Of a DNA stretch of 46,144 nt, positions 1 through 7,746 are shown in pieces (position 1 is the first letter of the stretch; each line of letters begins with the position of its first letter). The DNA comes from a virus (Duplodnaviria; Caudoviricetes): positions 1-46,144 of the IMG/VR virus record IMGVR_UViG_3300020044_009931; one strand, given 5' to 3'. A program made the position numbers and the translations under genes. Under the pieces are notes generated by a model. It made no database searches, had not been told where the DNA came from, and saw only the letters and a list, made by a program, of their open reading frames with translations.

Positions 1-35
1 CTTTTTTATACGTGAATTTAAAAGGAGACGAATGA
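1..35. repeat. 35-bp exact match to 45065-45099 (circular junction; 3' end of the small gene at 44938-45099)
   Basis: CTTTTTTATACGTGAATTTAAAAGGAGACGAATGA occurs at both positions. Confidence 0.95.
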
Positions 36-475
36 AAGTAGCAGATTTAGTTATCGGGAAAGTTTACATTTATAAAGATAAAACCCCTGTGGTTTTTGAT
101 AAGTTCCCAGAGAAAGGAACGAAGGGGATACCTGTCTATAAATTTTGTTATCTCGAGTTTCCAGAACGTCCATCTGTTTACTTAAACGATGAATCTGTTA
201 AAAGTTTCATTGCCGAGCTTGAAATCGAAAAACCAGAAGTATCTAACTTTAGACCAGATCACTATACCTCATTGCCTTTTAAACTAGATGAAGTGCAAGA
301 GGCGATAGCAGAAAATTGCTTTAAGGCTACTAATGACTTTCAGAAAGCTTTATGGGTAAGCTTCGCATTGAAACATCTAGGCAGACTCGGTTTAAAGGAT
401 GATGTTAATTTAGAACTAAAGAAAGCTGAAAATTATTTACACAAAGCTCGGACGGGTGAATGGTTATCAGATTAA
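32..475 (+). CDS. N-terminal unknown domain plus C-terminal DUF3310-like domain (T7 gp1.7/SaV-like family)
   Basis: RBS AAGGAG. C-terminal 'PDHY...ALKHLGRLGLKDD..ELKKAENYL' resembles the DUF3310 pattern 'HPxHY...KYxxRxGxK...DLxKAxWY'. Confidence 0.6.
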   Translation: MKVADLVIGKVYIYKDKTPVVFDKFPEKGTKGIPVYKFCYLEFPERPSVYLNDESVKSFIAELEIEKPEVSNFRPDHYTSLPFKLDEVQEAIAENCFKATNDFQKALWVSFALKHLGRLGLKDDVNLELKKAENYLHKARTGEWLSD

Positions 476-497
476 AAAAATAGTATATAATTTCTTT

Positions 498-566
498 ATG
501 AAGATCAAAACAAAAGCTCCTAAAAAATCAGCACCAGCTCCTAAGACTGGTAAAAAATGTAAATAA
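498..566 (+). CDS. 22-aa Lys/Ala/Pro-rich peptide MKIKTKAPKKSAPAPKTGKKCK (not in ORF track)
   Basis: TATAAT 6 nt upstream of ATG. The frame is preserved in the second copy (45855-45926) with synonymous changes and an in-frame indel. Confidence 0.65.
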   Translation: MKIKTKAPKKSAPAPKTGKKCK

Positions 567-588
567 TGGCATTTTTTGCTAGGAGAAA

Positions 589-684
589 ATGTCAGCAGTG
601 AACTTTTTAAATCGACTATGGGCTTTTATTGAATCTCTCTTAAAAGCTCTTGAGGAGCCTTTTAATGAAGATACTAAAGATTAG
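589..684 (+). CDS. 31-aa peptide MSAVNFLNRLWAFIESLLKALEEPFNEDTKD (amphipathic helix)
   Basis: AGGAG RBS. The copy at 45949-46044 differs by a synonymous CTC/CTT change. Confidence 0.55.
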   Translation: MSAVNFLNRLWAFIESLLKALEEPFNEDTKD

Positions 685-1060
685 CCATTTTGATTTAGAA
701 AAAGATTTAGAAATCTCAGGCTATGACCCGTTTAGAGTCAGGACTTTAAAGCCTATTGAATTAGAAATTCAACTAGATCAAGGCACCGTAAGAGAATTAG
801 TTTTCAAAGGCACTGAATCAGATTTTGCAAGTATCCCTAAATGGCTACAACCGATAATTGGAGAGCCTTCACATAAGTCTTTTGTCTTAGCTTCTATAAT
901 CCATGATTGGCATTGTTTAACTCAAACTAGCAAACAATCTTATGCTCATTCTGTTTTTAGAGAAATGCTTAAATTAGCTGGCGTTCCTTTTTGGAAAAGA
1001 CAGTTAATGTTTTTAGCTGTTAATTTTTATTGTGGAAAAAAATATCCTAAATGGAAATAA
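665..1060 (+). CDS. DUF1353 family protein
   Basis: 'GTESDFASIP...ASIIHDW...FREML...GVPFWKR' matches the DUF1353 pattern. GAGGAG precedes ATG 665. Confidence 0.8.
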   Translation: MKILKISHFDLEKDLEISGYDPFRVRTLKPIELEIQLDQGTVRELVFKGTESDFASIPKWLQPIIGEPSHKSFVLASIIHDWHCLTQTSKQSYAHSVFREMLKLAGVPFWKRQLMFLAVNFYCGKKYPKWK

Positions 1061-1125
1061 TGTCATCGCCCTGCATGGTCTTTAAAAACCATATTCCCGA
1101 CGTCAGGAACATGATCAGAACCTAA

Positions 1126-1365
1126 TCAGCGATTGCCTTTTGTCGCTGGTATGTCGTCGGAATTTTCAAAATAAAACTTTAAAGCATCTCTAATAATTCC
1201 ACTTGTTTTTAGCTCTATTCCTTTTGTGGACTTAGCTTCTTTTTTTATCTTTTTAATAATCGCTAGGCTTTTATTACTGAAATAAACCGAAGCTCTTTTA
1301 TGGTCATAGTCTTTTGGCTCCATTCTTTTAAATCCGAGACTAGTATTTTTAGCATAACCACTCAT
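1126..1365 (-). CDS. Ribbon-helix-helix-like DNA-binding protein
   Basis: 'RASVYFSNKSLAIIKKI...SGIIRDALKFYF'. Start moved to ATG 1365, which follows TGT-TACACT plus 6 nt. Confidence 0.55.
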   Translation of the reverse strand: MSGYAKNTSLGFKRMEPKDYDHKRASVYFSNKSLAIIKKIKKEAKSTKGIELKTSGIIRDALKFYFENSDDIPATKGNR

Positions 1366-1444
1366 ATGAAAAGTGTAACACAATGCTTTACGGAAAGCTA
1401 GAATCAAATAAGCAAACACTGATAGCTAAAGGGTTTTATTGACC

Positions 1445-1459
1445 GTCGGTATTACCGAC
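1445..1459. promoter_or_regulatory. Perfect inverted repeat, putative operator
   Basis: GTCGGTA-T-TACCGAC between the divergent RHH and lysozyme genes. Confidence 0.5.
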
Positions 1460-1494
1460 ATACCGTTAAATCAAATAAGGGGTAAAATATAACC

Positions 1495-1950
1495 ATGACC
1501 ATGAAAACTAGTGAAATCGGAAAAAAAAGAATCCAGCAAAGAGAAAGTTGCCAATTAAAGGCTTATCTTTGTACGTCTAAAGTGTGGACTATCGGCTATG
1601 GAAATACTTATTATGAAGATAAAACGAGAGTTAAAGAGGGTGATATTATCACCCAAGATAGAGCGAATAAACTATTTGACTTAATCCTTCCTACTTACGA
1701 AAAAATTATAAATAATAATGTAAAAGTTTTACTAACTGCATTTCAGTTTGATGCTTTAGTCAGTTTTGTTTATACCCTTGGAGAGCCGACTTTTAAGGCA
1801 TCTACCCTATTAAAAGAATTAAACAAGGGTAACTACAAAAAAGCTGCGGCTCAAATCCAAAGATTTAATCAAGGGTCTGGCGGCTATGTCGTTGGGCTTC
1901 AAAATAGGAGAGTATCAGAAACTGAACAATTTTTAGGTGAAGGTTATTAA
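1495..1950 (+). CDS. GH24 phage lysozyme (endolysin)
   Basis: E-x8-C-x5-T catalytic motif 'ESCQLKAYLCTSKVWTIGYG', plus 'QFDALVSF' and 'GLQNRR..E'. Confidence 0.92.
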   Translation: MTMKTSEIGKKRIQQRESCQLKAYLCTSKVWTIGYGNTYYEDKTRVKEGDIITQDRANKLFDLILPTYEKIINNNVKVLLTAFQFDALVSFVYTLGEPTFKASTLLKELNKGNYKKAAAQIQRFNQGSGGYVVGLQNRRVSETEQFLGEGY

Positions 1951-1995
1951 CTAAACCTTAAACCCCATCGGGTAAAAGAAAAGAGTACAAATTAA

Positions 1996-2424
1996 TCAGC
2001 CCTGCTTGCCCCCAGCTTTGCAGGGCTTTTTATTTTTATCTCGGTCTCTTGCTCTTGCGTTTTTAATTCTTTGTTCAAAATCTATCTTAGGTAACTTTAA
2101 CAACTTGTTATCAATAATGCGAGACCACAAATCCTCTAAAGCTTGCCTGTAATCCCTGCCTCGCAAGTTAGTTAAAGCTAAGACTTCCTGCTCAAATCCC
2201 CTTAAAGGTAACGCATTGAAAAGGATTGAATCAGTCAGTGCTGCTATTTTATCCCTATCCATATAATATTTGCCTACCTTATAAATCCCCGAGGGGTCTT
2301 TAATTCGGCGATTCCAATTATCCCAATAGCTTAATCCTTCTTGGGTATCGACTCCATTATCAAAGCAAAGTGTTAAAAAATCTATGTCTGCGTATTTCTC
2401 ACAAAATTCTAAACTAATATACAT
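1996..2424 (-). CDS. Hypothetical protein with basic C-terminus
   Basis: ORF track 1996-2496. The upstream part overlaps a hairpin/U-tract, so ATG 2424 (MYISLEF) is the preferred start. Confidence 0.55.
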   Translation of the reverse strand: MYISLEFCEKYADIDFLTLCFDNGVDTQEGLSYWDNWNRRIKDPSGIYKVGKYYMDRDKIAALTDSILFNALPLRGFEQEVLALTNLRGRDYRQALEDLWSRIIDNKLLKLPKIDFEQRIKNARARDRDKNKKPCKAGGKQG

Positions 2425-2455
2425 AAAAAAAAAGCAGTGCCTATGAAAACACTGC
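2425..2455 (-). terminator. Intrinsic terminator-like hairpin
   Basis: GCAGTG/CACTGC stem followed by T9 on the minus strand. Confidence 0.55.
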
Positions 2456-2549
2456 AAATGTACGTCTATCAAACCGCACAAAAAATATAATAGCATGCTA
2501 TATTATTTATGAAACCTTTTAAACGGTTTTTTTCTTTCCTTCCTTCACC

Positions 2550-2591
2550 AAAAAGCACTAGGTTTTAATTTTTCCCCTAGTGCTTTTTTTT
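2550..2591. terminator. Bidirectional terminator-like hairpin
   Basis: AAAAAGCACTAGG...CCTAGTGCTTTTT, 13-bp inverted repeat. Confidence 0.7.
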
Positions 2592-2643
2592 ATGTTAATA
2601 TTCTTTTTAGGTGATGTTTCCGAGCAATTAACCGTTGCCACAC

Positions 2644-2678
2644 AAAAAAACACCATGTTAGTAGCATGGTGTTTTTTT
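2644..2678. terminator. Bidirectional terminator-like hairpin, loop TTAGTAG
   Basis: A7-CACCATG/CATGGTG-T7, 14-bp inverted repeat. Confidence 0.7.
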
Positions 2679-2710
2679 ATTTATGTTATTATTCTTAATG
2701 AAATGATTAC

Positions 2711-2746
2711 AAAAAGCATCGCACTACTAATGCGGTGCTTTTTTTT
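2711..2746 (+). terminator. Terminator-like hairpin, loop CTACTAA
   Basis: AAAAAGCATCGCA/TGCGGTGCTTTTT with one G.U pair on the plus strand, and a T8 tail. Confidence 0.7.
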
Positions 2747-2779
2747 GTGGACTTTATAACATGGTGGGCAGAAAGTATC

Positions 2780-3292
2780 TTAACATAAAGCATAATAATT
2801 AATCTTTTTCTTCCCCGTTATGCCTGTCTTGCTTTTACCTTCCCCGACTTTCTTGATAATCCCATGCCTCTGCAAAACTACAAGCTGTGAATGAATGGTA
2901 CAGTCTATCCCTTCCAAATTAGTAAGAACAGATTTAATCGCTTCCTTTGCATCTGATCTTGTGAACCATTCACCATTAGCACCTAGTTTCAAAATGCAGT
3001 CTTTTACAGCTTGACTTTCAGGCTTTAAGATAGTTGTTCTCCTGCCAGTCCATACTGGTAAAGGCTTAACATCCTTTCTTTTGTTAAGATTGGCTATACT
3101 GGTTTCTCTTCTTCTTTTAGCTTTTTTTTCTGCTGTGTCTCCGTCCATCAACTCAGCCACTTGAGCGAATAGATCAGGCTTTTCCCTAAAAATACCATCT
3201 CCATACTGCTTTTTGATTTCGTCAATAACGTCAAAATATAACTCTTGCGTGTAATCTTTTTTTCTTTTTGTTTCCATGTTTGCAACTTTCAT
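2780..3292 (-). CDS. Basic protein with possible C-terminal winged-helix domain
   Basis: 'FTRSDAKEAI...TIHSQLVVLQRHGIIKKV' wHTH-like pattern. TATAGT + 6 nt + ATG. Confidence 0.5.
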   Translation of the reverse strand: MKVANMETKRKKDYTQELYFDVIDEIKKQYGDGIFREKPDLFAQVAELMDGDTAEKKAKRRRETSIANLNKRKDVKPLPVWTGRRTTILKPESQAVKDCILKLGANGEWFTRSDAKEAIKSVLTNLEGIDCTIHSQLVVLQRHGIIKKVGEGKSKTGITGKKKINYYALC

Positions 3293-3331
3293 ACAAATAC
3301 TATAAAAGGCTTTACATATTTATTACAAATA

Positions 3332-3364
3332 AAAAACCCTCTAAGTTTTAGCCAGAGGGTTTTA
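3332..3364. terminator. Intrinsic terminator closing the late minus-strand operon
   Basis: AAAAACCCTCT...AGAGGGTTTTT. Confidence 0.7.
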
Positions 3365-3424
3365 ATTCAAACGAACGAAAAAACGAGTGTATGCTTAAAA
3401 GTATAGCAAACCTTCGATATCTAA

Positions 3425-3751
3425 TCAAGAATGCTTATCCTCTTCTCTTTGTCTTTTTCTTTCTTCTCTATCTAAAAACTTTTTAAATTCTTCTTTTAAA
3501 TCTGAAACACCTTTTTCTATCGCATTAAGCGTAACATCTACTTTAATCATAGATTCTCTTAAGCTTCTAATATCTTCGTCATAGCGGTTGTGTTTTACTT
3601 CAAAAGCGATTACCTTGTCCTCTAATGCTTTAAATCGTGGATTATTAACCAAGGCATTAAAGACCATCAAGCCAGTAAAAACACTACCAATAATAGCAGC
3701 AATTATACTGGTGATCTCATAGGTCTTAAAGGCAATCTCGACTTCACTCAT
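3425..3751 (-). CDS. Single-TM coiled-coil protein, holin/XhlA-like
   Basis: Hydrophobic 'IIAAIIGSVFTGLMVFNAL' then a heptad-rich charged tail; lies at the end of the tail genes. Confidence 0.5.
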   Translation of the reverse strand: MSEVEIAFKTYEITSIIAAIIGSVFTGLMVFNALVNNPRFKALEDKVIAFEVKHNRYDEDIRSLRESMIKVDVTLNAIEKGVSDLKEEFKKFLDREERKRQREEDKHS

Positions 3752-3910
3752 TTAATCAACGCTTAATATTTCACTGCCAAGATCTGTTACTTTTTCAATG
3801 TGACCCGTTAGTGTTGCCAAAAGCTCTTTAGCTTTCGCTAACTCATTATCCTTAAATGTTTTCTTAAGAACATAGCCACCATCAACTAATTCATAAACTT
3901 TATATTCCAT
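3752..3910 (-). CDS. 52-aa protein MEYKVYELVDGGYVLKK..., possible fibre chaperone (not in ORF track)
   Basis: TAATG-coupled to the upstream fibre gene; its stop abuts the next ATG at 3751. Confidence 0.7.
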   Translation of the reverse strand: MEYKVYELVDGGYVLKKTFKDNELAKAKELLATLTGHIEKVTDLGSEILSVD

Positions 3911-6216
3911 TATGAGTTGAATCCTTTTATTAGTGTGTATCCTGCGGTTACCGTTACACCAAGAGTTGAGACTCTTGCCCTTAATAATCCAGCTTGAGTG
4001 TCAATAATTGGACTTGCTACAGTGCTTGAAGCAATAGCATTAACTACGCTTCCGATTGCATACCAGCTAACCCCGTTATCGTCAGAACCTTCTAGTTGCA
4101 ATGCAGGGGGAGTAGTTGCTGCCCCAATATTAATCACCAATTGAACACTTCGACAGTTAGATATATTTAAGCTAGGTGTAACACTGTTTAAGGTAGTCAG
4201 CACAATGCTTCTATCAAACAACTGATTAAAAGTTTCAACGTAACCAGTATTGCTTTCGATTCTGTTTATGGCTCTCGTAAATGAAGGTGTTGTACCCCCT
4301 ATGGTCTGAGTGTACCTTATCCTATTACCCTTGAAAGGCAGCAATGGAGAGCGGTATATACCAGTAGTCGTGATTCTAGGGAAAGAGTACACGACAAACC
4401 AGTTAGTACCCGTATCATCCGATTCCTCAATGTTCACATCCATTGTTGGAGTCGTTCCAGTGACTACAGTTACAGGAATATTAACTTCGTAACACGTGCC
4501 TGATGCTGGAATTATTGCTGCCGTAGTAGTTGTAACGGTTAGGGCGGCTGATGCTATATCATTAACTAGAGTGTTAGGAATATTTCTCCCATTACTTGTT
4601 GTTACGGTGGTTACAGTACCAGAAGCAACAGTTACCGCAGGGGTGTTAGTGATGCTAACAGGCAGTGCTTTAGCAGCATCAACTATACCGTTTTGGTTAG
4701 CTATTTCAATGATATCTCTTGGATATTCTAGTTCTCTAACAAAATGGATTCTATTGCAAGTAGACTTAAAAAGGTTTCCTCCGCCATTAACAGAAACAAA
4801 ATCGGGACCAATAGATTCAACTTCGTAAGTAGAACCAGTCATTCTCAAGATTTTATAAGCTCCATCTAAGCCAAATGCAGCTATTGACAAAGGAGCGACC
4901 GCCGCATCACAACCATGAAGCCTAAACATTTCACCAGGTAAAGCACCAGTAGCAGTAGTGTTTACGGTTATTGTCATTATGTGACTTGTTCTAACTATGG
5001 ACTGAACCGATAAAGCTTGAAAACCTAAAGCTGCCGCTAAAATGCCACCATTGTTTAAAATCACTGAACCGCCAGTACTGTTAGCTGTTACTGCTGAACC
5101 GATAATGATAGTGAACTGAGTAGGGCTAACAATACTCGCCACCGCCGTTGAAACTGTTAAGTTTGGGAAGTTGGTTTGATCTCTAACGCCGTAAACCTGA
5201 ACGAACGAGCTAGTAGTTAAATTGTGCGGTATATCTGTAGTTACTGTCGCAGTCGTGGTACCAGTCTTAGCAATATCTGTTATTTTAGCTATTGGTTTTG
5301 CGATGTTTGCCAAATTCTTAGAACGAATACGAAGTTTGTAGCGTTTTTCTGTATCAGGCAATGCTTCAGACCAACGTAAAAAACCAGATGGAGCTGTCAA
5401 AGCGTTGGGAGCTTTACTGTTGTAATTAACTTGATCGAAACCTATTGCAAATTCATGCTCCCCGCCCGTATTCCAAGCATCTGAATAAGGGTTAGCTGTA
5501 GACTGAACGCCCGTTGATGTCGCTATTGTTGCATTAACGTGCCTAACTGAAGCCCCATTTCTTCTAGTGAACCATCTTGCGTTGGTTACTGTTGCTGTTT
5601 CCGTGCAAAAACCTACTGAGTTTAAAGCATTCTTATCATAATTAGCTACCCTAACTACACCGCCTGCGGTATATGTAGCGTTGCCTAAGGTTGTAGGTAT
5701 TGTAATTTGAGTGGCACTTACCACCGTTACTAAAGCAGGACCGATATTGATTCTTGGATCAGTGTTCCCAACCAAAATAACTCTATCATCGCCAACTAAA
5801 CCGTGTGCTGTAGAAAAGTTAATTGTAGCCACGTTTGTGGTTACACTAACCGTTCCATTTATGGCTAGATCAATATGCTGTGGGATTGTTTCAATTTGAC
5901 CATCTGCATTGCAGCTAACAAAAGAATATTCAAACTCTTGACCAAGAACTTTTTGGGAATGGGAAAAAGCAAAACCAAAACGACTTGGCAATTTAAAAGA
6001 AGCTTTAGAAATTAGTTCTAGTTCTGAATCTTCAACAGTTTGGTCTAAATTAACCCGTATGTAATTTGAACCAGTAGCACTCCCGCCGTTCGCTAGAACC
6101 CCAAGTCCTTGATTAACCCATTTTTGCTCCCATCTACCTAAATCAAGAAAAGGTGTTGAATCTTTATTATTAACAAAAGATTGTTCAGAGACTTGATTGC
6201 CGCCATAATTACCCAT
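3910..6216 (-). CDS. Large beta-rich tail fibre/spike or virion surface protein
   Basis: Thr/Ser/Gly-rich. Three 'AT..T...H(G/N)L...V'-like modules and two C-terminal '(E/G)SDDxGxxW' repeats. Start 6216 follows TATAAT + 6 nt. Confidence 0.65.
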   Translation of the reverse strand: MGNYGGNQVSEQSFVNNKDSTPFLDLGRWEQKWVNQGLGVLANGGSATGSNYIRVNLDQTVEDSELELISKASFKLPSRFGFAFSHSQKVLGQEFEYSFVSCNADGQIETIPQHIDLAINGTVSVTTNVATINFSTAHGLVGDDRVILVGNTDPRINIGPALVTVVSATQITIPTTLGNATYTAGGVVRVANYDKNALNSVGFCTETATVTNARWFTRRNGASVRHVNATIATSTGVQSTANPYSDAWNTGGEHEFAIGFDQVNYNSKAPNALTAPSGFLRWSEALPDTEKRYKLRIRSKNLANIAKPIAKITDIAKTGTTTATVTTDIPHNLTTSSFVQVYGVRDQTNFPNLTVSTAVASIVSPTQFTIIIGSAVTANSTGGSVILNNGGILAAALGFQALSVQSIVRTSHIMTITVNTTATGALPGEMFRLHGCDAAVAPLSIAAFGLDGAYKILRMTGSTYEVESIGPDFVSVNGGGNLFKSTCNRIHFVRELEYPRDIIEIANQNGIVDAAKALPVSITNTPAVTVASGTVTTVTTSNGRNIPNTLVNDIASAALTVTTTTAAIIPASGTCYEVNIPVTVVTGTTPTMDVNIEESDDTGTNWFVVYSFPRITTTGIYRSPLLPFKGNRIRYTQTIGGTTPSFTRAINRIESNTGYVETFNQLFDRSIVLTTLNSVTPSLNISNCRSVQLVINIGAATTPPALQLEGSDDNGVSWYAIGSVVNAIASSTVASPIIDTQAGLLRARVSTLGVTVTAGYTLIKGFNS

Positions 6217-6250
6217 ATTCATATTATATGGGATAATTAAAGTAGACGAA

Positions 6251-7120
6251 ATGACAGACTTTATAGACTCTGAAAAAAAGAAAGCTATCAAAGAGATGGC
6301 TAACGATGCTCTCTCTTTTAATATCCGCAACAAGATGGAAATACACTACACGAGGAAAGAAGAGCAAGAAGCTCTAGAAAGATATTATTCGCCAAATACA
6401 AGTGAACGAAGAAAGAAAATAATAGAAAATCAAATTGTTAAAAAAAACTTAGGGCTGGTTATTAAGATGGCTTGGCAGCTTCAAGGCAAATATCAAACCT
6501 TAGATGTTGATGAGTTGATATCCGCAGGCTTACTGGGTTTTGTTAAAGGGCTTCAAAAGTTTGATATGAGAAAAGGCTATCGCTTAAGCACTTATTTAAC
6601 TTGGTGGATTCGTGATGCAATGTATGACCACTATTCTAAACAGAATTTAATTGAAATTCCGACTGATATTTTTTACCTAACATTGAAGTATAGAAACTTA
6701 CTGAGGGAAGGATTGACCTTAGAGCAAATTAGATATCAGCTTAAGCCTAATCCAAAGCAAGAACTTCGCATATTAGATGCTCTTGGTGCAATGAATTTAA
6801 TTTCTTTTGACCAGCTTATCTCTTGCAATGAAGATAGCAAAGATGTAGAAATTGGGATAGCAAATAAAATTTCCCCCTATGCCAAGATTGCAGAAGAAAT
6901 AGAAGCTGCTCGTGGTGTAATGATCGGGATTATTGGGGAAAGAAACTTTAATATTCTCGAAGATCGCTATTGTTCATCTGTTAAAGTAACCTTAAAAGAG
7001 CTTGCTGAAAAATATAAATCTAAACCGCTTACTATTAGAGAATCAATTAATTATAATATCGCTAAGCTGCGGAGGCACTTTCCCCATCGCTACCCTGCTT
7101 TGTTTGCTGAGCTTCGTTAA
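6251..7120 (+). CDS. Sigma-70 family RNA polymerase sigma factor
   Basis: Region 2 'NLGLV..MA..L...DELISAGLLGFVKGLQKFDMRKGYRLSTYLTWWIR' and region 4 'ILEDRY...TLKELAE...TIR'. Start uncertain. Confidence 0.9.
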   Translation: MTDFIDSEKKKAIKEMANDALSFNIRNKMEIHYTRKEEQEALERYYSPNTSERRKKIIENQIVKKNLGLVIKMAWQLQGKYQTLDVDELISAGLLGFVKGLQKFDMRKGYRLSTYLTWWIRDAMYDHYSKQNLIEIPTDIFYLTLKYRNLLREGLTLEQIRYQLKPNPKQELRILDALGAMNLISFDQLISCNEDSKDVEIGIANKISPYAKIAEEIEAARGVMIGIIGERNFNILEDRYCSSVKVTLKELAEKYKSKPLTIRESINYNIAKLRRHFPHRYPALFAELR

Positions 7121-7358
7121 GGCAGGCTTGCATAATTCTTTGAAATTCTTGTTCCCCTAAGCTTGCAAATGCTGCTTCAATAACCAACTTCTCGATTAAG
7201 TTAGATAAATCAAATTCCGTAAAAGGGAATAAAAGAGGATAAGCCTTTACAGCTAAAGCTAAAACATATTCTCTCATCTTGACAGGTGGTATCTTAAAAT
7301 CTCCACCATAAGCCTGTAACAATTCGTTTAAATCTTGTCTTTCTGCTGGGTTTGCCAT
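7062..7358 (-). CDS. Hypothetical protein
   Basis: 98-aa ORF colinear with the late operon; overlaps the 3' end of the sigma gene convergently. Confidence 0.55.
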   Translation of the reverse strand: MANPAERQDLNELLQAYGGDFKIPPVKMREYVLALAVKAYPLLFPFTEFDLSNLIEKLVIEAAFASLGEQEFQRIMQACLNEAQQTKQGSDGESASAA

Positions 7359-7371
7359 AACTGTAATCTTA

Positions 7372-7746
7372 CTATAGATTCTGTAAAGTGATATGTTGTA
7401 ATACTATTTTACGTGCAGTCGTTGTACTTGCATTTGTTACAGAAAGGCTTGTAATCGCCTCTGAGAAAATTAAATCATTTGCTAGTGTAAAAGCTACTGT
7501 ATCCCCATTTAGCTTAAGGGAAAGATTGCCGCTTGCCTCGGGGTCTAATATTTTAGTTATCTTTAAATTTGCTATCGTTGGCATATCTATAACTAAATTA
7601 GTTGAGCTTGCTGGAATTTCGATACAGTCCGTTAATAAATTAGGCACTTCGGTAGGTGAGCCGACTTCTCCATATTTAAAGCTTGGTAAACCTTGAACGC
7701 TTGCCCCATCATAGAAAGCTTCTAGTTTAAAATCAATTACGCTCAT
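7372..7746 (-). CDS. Small beta-rich virion protein (paralog of 7743-8087)
   Basis: Shared 'K(L/I)NG...AITSL...N.STTT' motif; ATGA coupling. Confidence 0.65.
   Translation of the reverse strand: MSVIDFKLEAFYDGASVQGLPSFKYGEVGSPTEVPNLLTDCIEIPASSTNLVIDMPTIANLKITKILDPEASGNLSLKLNGDTVAFTLANDLIFSEAITSLSVTNASTTTARKIVLQHITLQNL

Larger units (their letters stand above)
474..780. repeat. Imperfect direct repeat of ~45831-46144
   Basis: Colinear near-identity with mostly synonymous substitutions and one 3-nt indel. Confidence 0.95.

Noticed and set aside
1-780. Direct terminal repeats, or a DGR template/variable repeat pair with the window end
   Set aside because: The copies differ by synonymous changes and in gene content, the differences are not adenine-specific, and there is no reverse transcriptase.
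2550-2750. Possible mini-CRISPR array
   Set aside because: No identical 25-40-nt repeats with regular spacers, and no cas genes.
4310-5899. Plus-strand ORFs 4310-4492, 4496-4828 and 5711-5899
   Set aside because: Antisense shadows of the Thr/Val-rich fibre gene; no RBS or motifs.
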